Positions 1 to 12,330 of a DNA stretch of 64,000 bases are shown piece by piece. This DNA is from Tubiluchus corallicola (lineage: Eukaryota; Animalia; Priapulida). Each line of letters starts with the position of its first letter. Within the stretch, counting starts at the first letter, position 1. The DNA lies in NCBI GenBank assembly GCA_030141605.1, contig JAQGDQ010000108.1, positions 1 to 64,000 on the forward strand, given 5' to 3'. The translations under genes and the position numbers were made by a program. Below the pieces are notes generated by a model, which saw only the letters and a list, made by a program, of their open reading frames with translations, was not told the origin of the DNA and ran no database searches.

Positions 1-77
1 AGAGAGAGAAAGAGATAGAGAGGGAGGGAAGGAGAGAGAGAGAGGGAGAAAGAGAGAGAGAGAAAGAGAGAGAAAGG

Positions 78-113
<36 letters not shown>
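1..113. repeat. (GA)n-rich polypurine microsatellite
   Basis: Near-continuous AG/AGG/AAAG repeats from base 1 to 113. Confidence 0.95.
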
Positions 114-141
114 CGAGGACCAGGTCGTACCTAGCACCAAG

Positions 142-483
142 ATGACTGTGACAGCACCAGCAGCAGCAGCAGCAGTGCTGCCACCGCCGAGATTGCATCA
201 CCTTCCAATCGTCACTGCTAGAATGATGACTAGAACAGCAGCTGTACCTAAAACAGCGTCACCGACGCCACCACCACCACCACCGTCGAGATTACAGCAG
301 CAGCAGCAGCAGCAGCAGCACAATGTCAACGTTCGGGTCGCGTCTGCTAGCAATATGCCACCACCGCTAACATCAACAACATCGACAGCAACAACAACAA
401 CAACAGTGGCGTCATCAACGAGCATGGGTCCCCCACCCAACATCGTTTTTTGTCAACCGGAAGAAAGCATCCGACCAGGATAA
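142..483 (+). other. Low-complexity ORF (poly-A/P/Q/T) built from CAG/CCA/ACA triplet repeats; coding status unknown
   Basis: 113-aa ORF dominated by trinucleotide repeats, no recognisable domain; lies inside the putative Polinton end. Confidence 0.25.
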
Positions 484-967
484 AGATAAATGAATATTTT
501 TTAAATAGTAAGGGTACACCCCATCGGGATAAAGATAAATGAATATTTTAAAAAGTAAATACACTTCAGTCTCTGGCAATTTTAGTCTAATAGTAAAGCG
601 CCTCAGTTTTTTTTCTCTTTGTACATCTAGTCTAGATAAAAGTAAAATTTTAAATACCCTATTGTCAAAAAAGAAATCTTTCAATAAAAATGTGGCTAAT
701 GCAACTTGTGAGTTTTTGGGATTATATATATATATCCTCACCTAAAAAAATACTGACTCGTTGAAAGCGTGCAGACTAGAAGGCTGCAGGCATTCAATTT
801 TATCTAGACGGCAGCTGTCCTACTGTCTGCTTGCTGTATATTCCAACGGGCTTTTAAAAAAAACAGGTACACGCACTTAAATAGCCGTGGGTGTCACGTC
901 TAGCAAGTCAATTAACGGATTAAGTCCTCATTAGCCAGGTAGTCGAGTCAATTACCGGATTAAGCAA

Positions 968-1153
968 TAGACGCGTGCCTGCCTTGGCGTCTGATCAGAT
1001 GAGTGCATTCGTTGCGGGTTTAAACATGCGAGTTAGTACAGATAGAAAGATTTTACAAAATAGACACGTGCCTGCCTTGGCGCCTGATCAGATGAGTGCA
1101 TTCGTTGCGGGTTTAAACATGCGAGTTAGTACAGATAGAAAGATTTTACAAAA
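968..1153. repeat. 93-bp direct tandem duplication (2 copies)
   Basis: TAGAC(G/A)CGTGCCTGCCTTGGCG...GATTTTACAAAA at 968-1060 and 1061-1153, nearly identical. Confidence 0.95.
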
Positions 1154-1682
1154 TGAAAAGATAATTTTAACTAACATTAGTTATTATTGTTCTGTCGGAT
1201 AAAAAAAGTGGATGACGACCAAAGATCAGACTCTGCTTTAGGTAATACCGCGTCATCATCATCATCATCGTCGTCGTCATCATCATCATCGTTGGATACA
1301 GTTGACAAAAAATAAAGAAACCCAGAAATTAATCATGCTCGGCGACGAGTGAGTAGACTGTATGTTACACGCGGTAACGTTCGTGCTAATGGTCGGCCCG
1401 TGCTAACAATCGTGCTCGGCGGTGTGTGCGCGTGTGAGTAGACTGTATGTTGCAATTTAGACTCGCATAAAAGAACATCCTGTAGAGAAATCTTTTAGCC
1501 CATTATCTAGCTAGCTAGCTAGGCGGCGAGGCGAGAGTCGATTACCGGATTAGCCACAATCAATTAGGGTGGAGCAAGCAAAGTGCGCAGCGAGCGCGCG
1601 TCGAACGGACGACTGCATTTAGCGCGGAGGGGGGGGGTGTTCTCGCCGGGCGCACCCCCCCCCCCCAAAGCGTGCGGGAGTT

Positions 1683-1958
1683 CCAACCGTCACTCCTAAT
1701 CCTTAAATCGAGCACTTAACTAGCGCAACAATAGACCCGCTTCACTTTTTTTAGGGGGTGATTTTTGTTCCCACCCCCGGCAGCCGAGGGGGGCGTGGCC
1801 CGTCGACCAACCGTCACTCCTAATCCTTAAATTGGTCACTTAACTAGCACGACAATAGAGCCACTTCACTTTTTTAGGGGTGTTTCCGGATTTTCGCACT
1901 TTTTTAGGGGTGTTTTTCCCCACCCCCCCGGGGAAATCCCCACCCCCCCCGGGAAATC
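1683..1958. repeat. Subterminal direct repeats (about 75-bp unit at 1683 and 1807; CACTTTTTTAGGGGTG x3; CCCCACCCCCCCGGGAAATC x2)
   Basis: CCAACCGTCACTCCTAATCCTTAAAT...CTTCACTTTTTTAGGGG seen at 1683 and 1807, followed by shorter nested repeats. Confidence 0.9.
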
Positions 1959-3385
1959 GGCCAGAGGTGTAACATCTAACCTACTGTCGTAATAATGCAT
2001 ATGAAATATTAATGAGGGTGGTTATAACGAAATGACTGAGCGTGATGTCATGACTGGATTAGTGAACTGAATTTTTTTGTGTTACATAATAAATTCAGTA
2101 TAAACAACAATAAAAGTTATAAAATTGCAACATCCTACGATCACATTCGCTCTTTGTACTGCTCTTGCCTTACGTTTTCGGTTATCGTGTATACAATATC
2201 GCGTATTCGGTATTAAAATTGGGTAGTTGTGGCAGTCAAATTTAAAATTTAACTTAAAACTGAATTCACTGTTAACTGTTGCTGATGTCACTACGCTATC
2301 ATAAGCAAGCAGCAATTCAGATTTGAAAGAAAGTTGTCCGTAGAATTCTCTTCAGTTTTCTTGATTTCCGCATTTCTCCCGTCAATATGCGCTCTAATCC
2401 GATCTTAATACTTACTGCATTATCGTACATTCATCTTTTATCATTTTCAATAACTGTTTACTTTAGTTTTTCTAATCTTAATCTTCGGATATTGCTTAAA
2501 GGTTTTACATAGGATTTATTGACTTACAGTTAAAATGTGTTTTCAGTGTCTGCATTGTGTAAGGTTAGGTTAAATCAACCCATTGAATAAGTTTACCTGT
2601 CGTGACTTGCTGAAGAAAAAAATCCACTGTTAACTTCAATCTGTACTTTGGGATCACGCACTGAATAGAAGCAGACATGTTAGATAACAACCTACTTTAA
2701 CATTTAGCATTTCAGTAACTGTAGGTTGCATTTATAATTATTTAAAAGTTTTACTGAGTAAAATATTCTCAAATCAATCACGGTAAATGTTGTTCTTTTG
2801 ACAAGTAGCACGATGAACAAGATCTCATTTGCTAGTTTCTTTTAATAGTAGCCAATATATAGATGCAGGCATACCTACAATAATGAGCTCCTTAGCCACA
2901 ACAATTTATGCATGACATTGACAGCACAAGGTTGGGTAAGCCCTGTTAATAATTATCACTGACTTGCAGGCTGTTCTCCCCTCTATCAAGCTACCTCTTG
3001 TCAAAAGCACAAGTATTATGGGTCTTACAAGTCAGTGGAGCAAATGATTACAAAATGCATAGACTACAATAACTAAGAGCTTGTGCGACGCTGTTGTTAA
3101 ATATTATGAAATCGGATATTTTTCTGTTCAAGAGCTCAAGTAAAGACAAGGAGGAAACAAAGCTTGCATGTGCATTGCTTGATTAATTTTACTGAAACGT
3201 CTTTGCTCCATTGTGGGGCCATTTAATCTATTTTCTGTTTGCGTGTGTGAGTGTACACAAATCGTTTCATGTATCGGTAAGCACATTGTGCTGTATTGCT
3301 CTTTATTGATTGTGGCTGTATTTTCTTCTATTATAAGCTAACTATGTGAGATTTTTCAAAACTCAGTAACTTTAAAGAATTTTAA

Positions 3386-3981
3386 AGCAAAATTGGACCC
3401 AAACTTAAACTGTAGCTCAAAACAATCTACTCTTTAAAATATTGAAAGGGAACATACTATTTTTTCATGACTTACTTGAAAGAATTATTACCACATAAAC
3501 ACAATTTTCGCGTTCGCGCCACTAGTTCTTAGCTGTTATATGCATTTCGCCATTTGCTAGTGAGAACGGGCACTAGCGCCTGCATTTCGGAAACGCATTG
3601 CACAAAAATAGGTGGTGTACTTCTGAATTCGTATGTGTTAGTTTCTGACGAACTACACACGTTTGACGGCTCATGCGTGAGCACAGCGGTAAACTTGAAA
3701 TTTGAATTTTTATCTTAAAACGTGCCTAGTTTTAATGTAACACTCTGAATATCTTACAGTACCACTGTTCTTCAATTTTCGCTTTCGCAAACATATGGAA
3801 CACGCTCGTGGAATTTTATGTTAGTGTGTGATGTCATCAATAGTTGGGCTCGCCCGCCGTTAATTAAGATTTTAATCAATTATTTATCAGAAACGCTTTT
3901 GCAGTGTCATTTGTGTTAAAATGTATACTTTTTATCGGACTTGAAAATGGGTTAGTATATCAAAAATCATCCTGTCTTCCT
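3386..3981 (+). mobile_element. Non-autonomous DNA transposon, Kolobok-like (TTAA target, AG...CT termini), copy 1
   Basis: Homologous over its whole length to 39605-40231. Bounded by TTAA|AG (3382-3387) and CT|TTAA (3980-3985), and homology to copy 2 stops at these boundaries. Confidence 0.75.
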
Positions 3982-6039
3982 TTAAATAATTAAACCTGCC
4001 TGTCTGTCAACATCTTTAAACAAGTCAAATTAGTCCACATTTTACCCTACACTATAAACTACCAATTTTCTTACAGTCAAGTTCTTGACTATCGTATTCC
4101 TTTTCTGTGGACTAAATCTGTTTCAACGACACCATCAATTCCTCTTCGAAAGTCTGAATCCAATTATAGGGATCTTTAGCTATCCTGTCTGTCTGTCACA
4201 TCAATGTAATTCCCTGTAGGAGTATCTTATCTGTGCCACTTTCCTTGAATTTGACGGGAAGAGTAGAGAGCGATTAAACTTCTCTAGGGCAGCATTATTC
4301 GAATCATGTGGATATAGTCTTCTCAATGTTTGTCCGACTTAAGGGGCGAATTAGCTCTCAGATAGTAGCCTATAACCTGCAGCCGTTTGGCCTCCATAAA
4401 TAGTAATCCTTGTTGCATATGAGTCTACAAAAATAATTGCCTGTTATCATTTGAGTATTACTAATTGTATTTGTTGCAGTAGTGATAATTTGTTTAATTC
4501 TAAAGAAACTGTTTCATGAATTTTTTAATGATTTTTATGTGTTTTACCTTTGCTTTGGAAAAAAGCCACGTGAAACAACCGCAGTTTGAAAAGATCTATA
4601 CAAGGTCGTTTAAGAATGATTGTAGATTATGAAAATGTGCAAGAACGATAGCAGAATATTATAGTTCAATTCAATGTGATTAAACATTATGACAAACAAT
4701 TACGTATTAATTAGATACGCACGTCCTGTATTCGTAGACCAAATTTGTGGATTTTCCCGGACAGTTATAGAATCTCACGAATCCCACGAATGGCGGTCGG
4801 TCGTTCTAATTTACTCCTGTGACTTATGAATCACTGGCGAATGGGATTGTGCCGGAATGCATAATGAAGTAATATGACTTTCACTGTAATTAGTCAAATA
4901 TGGTTAGCTTTAATAATCTGCCTAGCTTGAATGCAAGATGTAGTCGTTAGTAAGTCTGAGCCACCTGGTCGAATTTTGCAGGTTTTTCTTGATCTAGTTT
5001 CATCGAGTCATCGATCTGTAGAAGCTGCGATTGAAAATTAGCCTTTTTCTGTTTTTATGATGATTGTCTTTGAAGGACCTTCGGTTCAATTGTGATTGGA
5101 ATGTGTTCGAGTGTTGTTGTAAAAACCGTGTGCTGAGGTTTTCTAGTAAGACAGGTCAGCACTTGAGCTAATAAAGAAATGCTTCTGCATGATGAATGGG
5201 GCAAAGGCATTCCTTGTTCTTGCCGACTGTCATCTTTGCGAATAATACAAGTTCACCTGTCAGGTGGGCATGAAGAGGGCAAACACGCCATAACAAAGCA
5301 AAACAAAACCGGTGAAAAATTGCTACACTGCACGCACAAGCGACCAACCTCATTGAAAATCATGCTGGAGTCATCCATTTTGGAGGGGTAATGTTCTTGA
5401 CGGGAATGCTATGTACAAATGTTTTTATGTTAATGCAGTTGATAGAAAATATTCGAATTTATATTTTAATTTTCGCTAATTGTTTAAAAGTTATTGCTTA
5501 TATGCTCATGAGAATTGTTTTGCTTCGGTGGTACGTTGTTGTGTAATTGTTATGGTATATAATAGCTTTGGTTGTTACGGTATGCATTATGCTAATAATT
5601 AAGTGAAGCTAAATGTATTGGCAGTTCACTGGATGTCATGGAATCATTCGTTGTGATGTTGTGAGGTATTCCGTGCAAGTCAAGGTATTTCCTATATTTT
5701 CTTGCTGGACCAGAGACCTATAGCGTTGCTTGTATCAGCTTTTGCGCTCATAAAGGACCAAGAAATATCCAAGTTACATTGCTTTAATTTTGGCAAGATT
5801 TAAGATGGCTTTGCGTGACCTTCTCTATCTGGATGCGCCCTGGCGGAGAATCTGGGAAGGAGTGACTCATACCGTTGGTGAGGCTTGGATCAATAGTGAT
5901 TCATGAGAGGACAACTGATGAAAACGTGCAATAAGCGAACCAGCTTCTGCGCCTCGATTTGTTTACCAATTCTAAATGGCTTCGTGTTATATCAAAATGA
6001 ATTGCGTTTGATGTGAGGAACGCAGGGGCTCGTTAACTC

Positions 6040-6470
6040 TGCCTGGTTAGAATCACACTCCTTTGTAATGCTTTTAAAGGAGTTGTTGATGAATGCTTTC
6101 CAAAAACGGTATTAAATAGGGTTACCTTTCTAGCATCTGTTTTTGGGAATGTGTTTGTGATTAAAAAATTGCTTATTGGCATTTCTTTGTGTGGTGTAGG
6201 CCGTCTGAACGAAGAATTGATCATACATATAAAGAATATTTGTGTTGTTCGCCAAGCGTTATTCCACCCTTCTGCGTTAAACACTTTCCCATAGTTCTGT
6301 TATCTAGATTCAATAGTTTTGATATAATCAGCGTGATTTAAGATAGTGTATTTTTCCAAAGCAGGATGTCTTTTAAACTCTTTTTTACTTTGAGCCATCC
6401 ATGTTTTGTCAGGAGTGCCCTTTTGCCACTGAAGCAGTATTTTCACAGTTTTGGTCATCATATGCAGAAG
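6040..6470 (-). mobile_element. Possible degenerate LINE ORF2 fragment (endonuclease-RT linker)
   Basis: Minus-strand peptide TDARKVTLFNTVFGK resembles the D..KA.LFN.(Y/F)F motif that precedes RT in CR1-like LINEs; interrupted by stops. Confidence 0.3.
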
Positions 6471-6531
6471 GGATCATTTGTAGTAGTTTGTGTCGCCTAG
6501 AAAAAACTCTGTTGCCCTGGTCAGATAGGTA

Positions 6532-7532
6532 CCGTAAAACGGGGTGAGTTCGCCACCCGAGGGTGAGTTCGCCACCCCTTACGTAATGGCCATTGTAGGT
6601 TTGCTGTAACGGTTGTTCAGTGTTTAATGAACAGATATCATGATCACCGTCATTATAAACAGTTTGTGACAGTCATCTTCTTTCAATTCGCACTAGAAGT
6701 ATTCCATTCTGCGCTACATATTATTTGTCTACTATTTCTTGCTACTTAACATGCCACGCGCCTGCACCCCTGTACCGGGTCATAGATACCAAAATTATAC
6801 CCCAGAAGCTCTGGAAGTTGCCCTACATGCCGTCAAGAATACCAACAGGACAATCAACGCAGCGGCGAGGCAATTCGGAGTTCCAAGAAAGACCCTTTCT
6901 GACAAACTCTCAGGAAGTCATCCGCGGAAGACCTGAGGTCAGCCAGTGTTCTCCGCCGCCGAGGAGCACGAAATCGCCAACACTCCAAGTGGCCGTTGTG
7001 TGGGGGTTCCCAATGACTGCCATCGATCTCCGACTACTGATTAAGAGCGTTCCTGACGCGAAGGGAATCCAGGAACGACGATTCAAGGCAAACACCCCTG
7101 GAATAGACTTTGTCAAATCATTCGCCCGAAGGAACAATCTGGTTTTCAGAGTGGCTGGCAACATTAAGGGCGCCCGCGATAAGATCAGTGCACAAGACGT
7201 TCAAGCCTTCCTTGCCAACGTAGGGCCCCTTATTGAAAACGTCCCACCATCGAACATTTTCAATAATTCGGCTAAAACTAGACATTTTTCATAATTTTTT
7301 CATAGGGTGGCGAACTCACCCCCAACCAGCCAATCACAACCAGTTAACTTCAGCTGCCTAGAATGGCATTAAACAGTGTTAAATTGTTAGTGGCGAATTC
7401 ACCCCACGATAGTGTTTCATTCGAAAGGCAATATAAAGTTTGAACTAAGAAAATCGGTTGGGTAATTCTCTTGCTATGGCAGAAAATGTAAAAAATACCC
7501 CTAAAAAGTGGCGAACTCACCCCGTCTTACGG
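6532..7532 (+). mobile_element. pogo/Tigger-type (IS630-Tc1-mariner) DNA transposon, internally deleted, 1001 bp
   Basis: 25-bp TIRs CCGTAAAACGGGGTGAGTTCGCCAC / GTGGCGAACTCACCCCGTCTTACGG (1 mismatch), TA on both sides (6530-31, 7533-34), repeated subterminal GGGTGAGTTCGCCAC motifs, transposase remnant inside. Confidence 0.93.
6751..7294 (+). pseudogene. Truncated pogo-like transposase: HTH_psq + CENP-B-type HTH; DDE domain deleted
   Basis: MPRA...YTPEALEVALHAVK...INAAARQFGVPRKTLSDKL (psq HTH). In-frame TGA at 6934-6936 is followed by GQPVFSAAEEHEIAN, then a frameshift near 6984 into VWGFPMT...PGIDFVKSFARRN...VPPSNIFN, ending just before the expected DET motif. Confidence 0.88.
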
Positions 7533-10500
7533 TATATCATATTTGTCATTCCCTGGTCTTCCATCAGTGTTATCTCGTTTTGGTAAGGCACTTTTATCGT
7601 GGTCTGCAGGTTAGTATCCTTTAATCTAGATAAATAATTTTTGCCAAAGTTTGGGACAGCTTTGTTGGATAAAGCTTTTTCAAATACATATATATAGCAG
7701 TATGTGAAACGAAAATGCATCATAAACTCCGTCAGTAGCACCAACATCAGCATTTTTTAGCAATCAGAGCGGTCTAGCAGCTAGCTAGCGAGCTTTATGT
7801 TTATAAGGTAATCTGGTTAGTAAATACATTTATTTATCTTGTTTGCCCACTATTTTGTTGCCACTTAATTTATTTTGAAATAGTTTGAAGACTTTGAACT
7901 GATTTTCTATTATACTTTACATAGTCAACTTGGAAAAAAGAGTGAAAGGAATGACTTATATTAGTTTTTTGCTTATTGTTTAGTGTTTATTGTTTAGTCT
8001 TTTGTCACCAGCTATCTTGAACTGGTGTTATTTTGTTGTCACCAGCTGTCCTGAACTGGTGTAATTTTTTGTTCATCTGTGATGTTGTTTCAGGCATCAC
8101 GTCCATATTTCTCGTAATCTTCCCACTTGTTCCCGTTTCCATGTATCCATTTCGTGTAAGGTTAGACTCGATTATGTTGTTTTAGCTTAACCACAAGAGC
8201 GATGTTGATCAGAATTTTTTATCTCTTTCCCAGATTGTTTATTCTAGCTTGAAGAAATCAGATGTCCCCCGCCCAGCAGCTGGGCCCTGTGTGTTTTCAG
8301 CTAATAACCTCATCTGTTGGTTTATTTGTCCTGTTAATCAGAGGCGTTTGTTCAAATTAGATTTATTGCGAGGCTCATCACGGACGCTGCGTGTAATTTT
8401 GATGAAGAAACAGAAGTCCCAGCATCCGTTTGCCCTAGCGATAATGTGAAACAATTGATGTTTGTTTCTGCTTTCACGGTGGAAGCTATCATCAATGTAA
8501 TGAATGATGTAATCGTATTACAGTGTGTTGCCTTGAGAGGGATGTTATCTTTGGTAAGGCAAACTTACTATTGTCAGCTATAGTAGACAGTGACTGTTCA
8601 TGAACGACATTGCCCTAACAAACTAGCGAGTCATCGTGGTAGCGAGTAATCGTAGCATAATAAGTATACCCAGCCCTACTATAATATTCGTTAGTGATTT
8701 TTGACACATTTAGACTAAATAATGCAAAAACAGCAACAGTAGTAAAAATTTAGCTTCTTGTTTTCATCCCAGGCTTTTTCGTATTAAAATGTGAGCTCCG
8801 TATACGGAATGTGTATAAGACCTGGTACTTAGCCTATATGTATAGTGTGCAAAAGTTTGTTCCGAGCCTAATAAATTTTAGCAAGTTGCCTAATAGAGTA
8901 ATGAAGAGTTTTTTTAGTAATTATTTAAATAGTGTGTCTAACCAAAAAGGCGTGTTGCATTTCACAGTTTATCATTATAGACAGACGTAAAATAATATAA
9001 AACATAACTTTTTAACAAAAAGTAATCATAATTATAAATAGTTCGCGATTCGTATGACAGTTTGATTATAATTTTAAATTGCATTCGTTATCATTGTCAC
9101 TCGAACTGTATCATAAATGTATCCCGACAAAAATGTATCATAAACTTTTAGACAAATTTCAAAATATTTATGATGTGTTTTGTTTTATGATGACTATTGT
9201 TTTACGATGACGAAGTTTTATATTAAAGAGCAGAGATCTTAAAAATCTTGTTCGATTGTCCCTCGCCCGATTTTCCTCGCTCCCTCCCCTGACAGCGGAC
9301 GACTCCATTTCCTCAATGAATGAAGCGTGATGATGAATACACACTCTACTACATAGAACAGCGTTGCGCTGTTGATGCACATAGCAGACTGAACGCTTTG
9401 TGTTGTGAATGTTTTTCTCAAACGACTGTCTCACGTGTACAAGATTTATGCAGGAAAACAGTAAAAACATTGGCTGAATGTATCAGTTCTTTCGTGCTTT
9501 CATGACTGGCAGTGTAGTGATTTTGTTCTGCGTTAGCAAAGGGATTAACGTACAAAAGGCTCTCCTCTGATATCAGGACTGACTTCTGAATCAAGCTGAT
9601 AACAGTGTTGGAAGCTGTGCTAATACTGACAGGCAATTATCGAAGGACTAAAATCTTTACGAATAGATGCATTTGAGGTGATTAATGATTAGAAGTCTTT
9701 TCGTTTATTAATACATTATTTTGACTGGTGACCGCGATCAGTTGACTTAGATATATTCGGCAATGTTGCAGCTTTAAAGTTTTACTTCCATCCAAATCGT
9801 TGGTGGAATTCTTTTATTTGTGGACTTAATTTCACTTTAATGGATCCTTACATTATGGTTATTGATCCATTGTTTTAGTTAAACATTTAGTTGCTAATTA
9901 ATAGCAATATACACATACATTGCATTTTACTTTTTGCCATTTAGCATTTGTATAAGAGAATTAATTATGTATCTGATTTTAATAACATGAACTGTGAAAG
10001 TACTTTTCCTCTTTTACAAAACTTTGACCATCCATTGTGTAACTTTGAACTCTGTATGATTAGCACCGTTTTTGAAATTATACATTATTTTGTCAATTGA
10101 AAATTCTCTGTGCATGCAAAGAAGCATTAAATACAATATGCAAATGTTACGAAAACTTATCAGTTTTGCGTTAACAACAGAAAATCCCAAACAGTTGTTA
10201 TTCACGGCTTCCAAGTCTATAGACGTATATCCAGATATCTTCAGTTGCGTTAGGTTATCAAGTTATGTACTATCGTATCTTTGACGTGCCAGTTTGAGTC
10301 TTTGTAAACAAAAACATGCAACATTCGTAAGATAAGTAAATATTCAGTGAGTTAAGCAGTCTGAGTGTAATAATTTTAGTTATATGTGTAAAAGGTAAGC
10401 ACCTTCGTAGAAATGTATGATCGATTATTCTACTGGGACACTCATAGTAGCGAACTAGCTATGCATGTTTCCCATTGCCCGGGCAATGCATATTAATTAC

Positions 10501-12079
10501 TGAAGCAATAGACACGTTTGCGCAGTTAAACGTTGTTATAGGAATTTGATATGATCTGTGCTATTGATGTTGCAAGCCAAGTTTCATTTCATAGCCTGAT
10601 GTCTGCTTAACTAATATGTGTGTAGACGCAATATTCTCAGTACAGCTGGAGACATGCGTCCCATTCCGTTACTTCATGAACTGCTGCACAAAACATGATG
10701 TTCATTTTTATTGGCAATTTATAATTGAGCGTTTTCTTAATTTTTGTTTGCGCATGCTAAAAAGAATTTGCCTTCGTAGAAACAGTTTGCAAGTTATGGA
10801 GTCTTTGTCGTTACATCTGCAGCTGTTTTATTATTTGCCACAAATTCTGCGTCTGTTTCTTTTTATCAAATTTGTTATTATTGTACTACCTATACTTAAC
10901 TTTAACTTTATCAAGAATTTTGAAATTGCCAATAAGATTAACAGGTTTCGTTGGCACGCCTTCCTGCTATCGTTTTCTAATCAAAATAGTTCAAGGTTTT
11001 TACCAGCACAAAACCCTCAAGTCCCGCCAGTATAATACGCATTAATTGTACGCGTGGAAGTTCTTTCTCGGGCTGCATTACATATATGTGTAGTATTATT
11101 GGCCTGTAAATTAAATGTAGAACTGTTGTGTAATTATAAACCCCGCCCGCCTTTTGCTGCAGGGCAATTGCGCATTGCTTAATTTGTTTCGCATAATACA
11201 GTTCTTTGTCAACTGTGTGGTGGGTCCATAACGCACGAGCAGTCTCTCTCGGATATTTAAGCACAGCTTTTAGTGACACATGGCGTTTTTCGACAATCGA
11301 TAAATTTGGTGATGATTAAGTAAGACATGATTGTATGAAATTATTATGATAATGTGTTTCGCCTACAATGAGCTTAATAAGACACAGCCCTTTGTTCTGA
11401 ATATAACATTGATTAATAGAGGCTGATGCTTGCTATACTATCAGGCCTGCTGTTGCCCGCCTGCTGTGGGTTTCTTTAATAACTAATAGAGTAATGCAAC
11501 TGTGTTCAGGTGTCTAGATTTTTTTTTATCGTTGACGTGTTTTCTTTCAAAGACTGAAGTCTCAAGCCTAGTTCTTTTATACTATATTACAACATTGTTA
11601 CTGTCTAATTAATGCGGTCAGTGCGATCATTCATTTAAATTTAGATTATTTTAGTGTAGCGATTGCGAAAAACTGAAAAACATCTCGTTTTAGTTTGAAA
11701 AATCTTGTATACCCCCTGTTTATGAATTAGTTTGTGCACAGGTGAATAAAGACGCGGTTATATAGAAGGATGGTTGTTACAGGGGACTCTGATTCAAGAT
11801 CCTATCGTGTCAGTCACCCCCACCATATTCTGGTCCCTCCCAATATTTTCATATTCAATGTGTACTTCAGTCATCACAAGTAATAGACTAGCGATTAATC
11901 TTCCTTGTGTGCTATGTCTAGTCTAAGTCACCGTCTAGTCTAATGCTTCTTTAAGATTCATTTGGAAAGGAACATTGTGGGTGTCTTTTTAAAAGATTTT
12001 TCAGAAATTTTTAGTGATTCCTAAAATAAACAAGACGAATATGTAGAAATGAATCGTAGAAGTCAGATATTTCAAACTA

Positions 12080-12330
12080 TAGAACAAAATCTGTAGTTGT
12101 TCAGATTCCACAGCTGTTGTGTAGCAGGGATATATATAGGTAATTTATGGTACACGAGGCTTACGAGGTACCAGTATCTATACTGATGGGACAAAGTGGA
12201 CTGGGCGTCCTTCGCAAAAGATGCCTTGGAAGAATGTCTGATGGTCTGTTCAGCGGAACTATCTAGAGCTAAATCACCATGCTGGTCCATTGTGTTCATT
12301 TTACAACTTCAAATGTTTGGAAAGATTGTA
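12080..12330 (-). mobile_element. Possible highly degenerate Ty3/Gypsy pol fragment (protease-RT linker)
   Basis: Minus-strand frames give ...FAKDAQSTLSHQ / IDTGTS..., resembling the H.I.TG...P motif upstream of Gypsy RT; many disruptions. Confidence 0.25.

Larger units (their letters stand above)
1..1985. mobile_element. Probable right end (terminal inverted repeat region) of a Polinton/Maverick-like element, truncated by the window start
   Basis: GC-rich, repeat-dense block ending abruptly at ...TGTAACATCTAACCTACT (1985), after which composition drops to AT-rich intron-like DNA. The minus-strand terminus reads 5'-AGTAGGTTAG, like the 5'-AG(T) termini of Polintons. Nested subterminal repeats and G/C tracts are present. 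No Polinton gene and no opposite TIR are visible in the window. Confidence 0.45.

Noticed and set aside
975-1202. 75-aa ORF with an internal 31-aa repeat
   Set aside because: Simply reflects the 93-bp tandem duplication; non-ATG start, no domain.
968-1958. Repeat clusters as a CRISPR-like array
   Set aside because: Only 2-3 copies per unit, no regular unique spacers, eukaryotic context, no cas genes.
3990-4420. Possible RTE-like LINE remnant on the minus strand (KRLQVIGYYLR, NYIDV)
   Set aside because: Similarity too weak and fragmented to call without a search.
5179-5391. 70-aa ORF ending at a GG|GTAATG donor as an alternative first exon
   Set aside because: Donor is phase 2 while exon A needs phase 1; no intermediate exon found.
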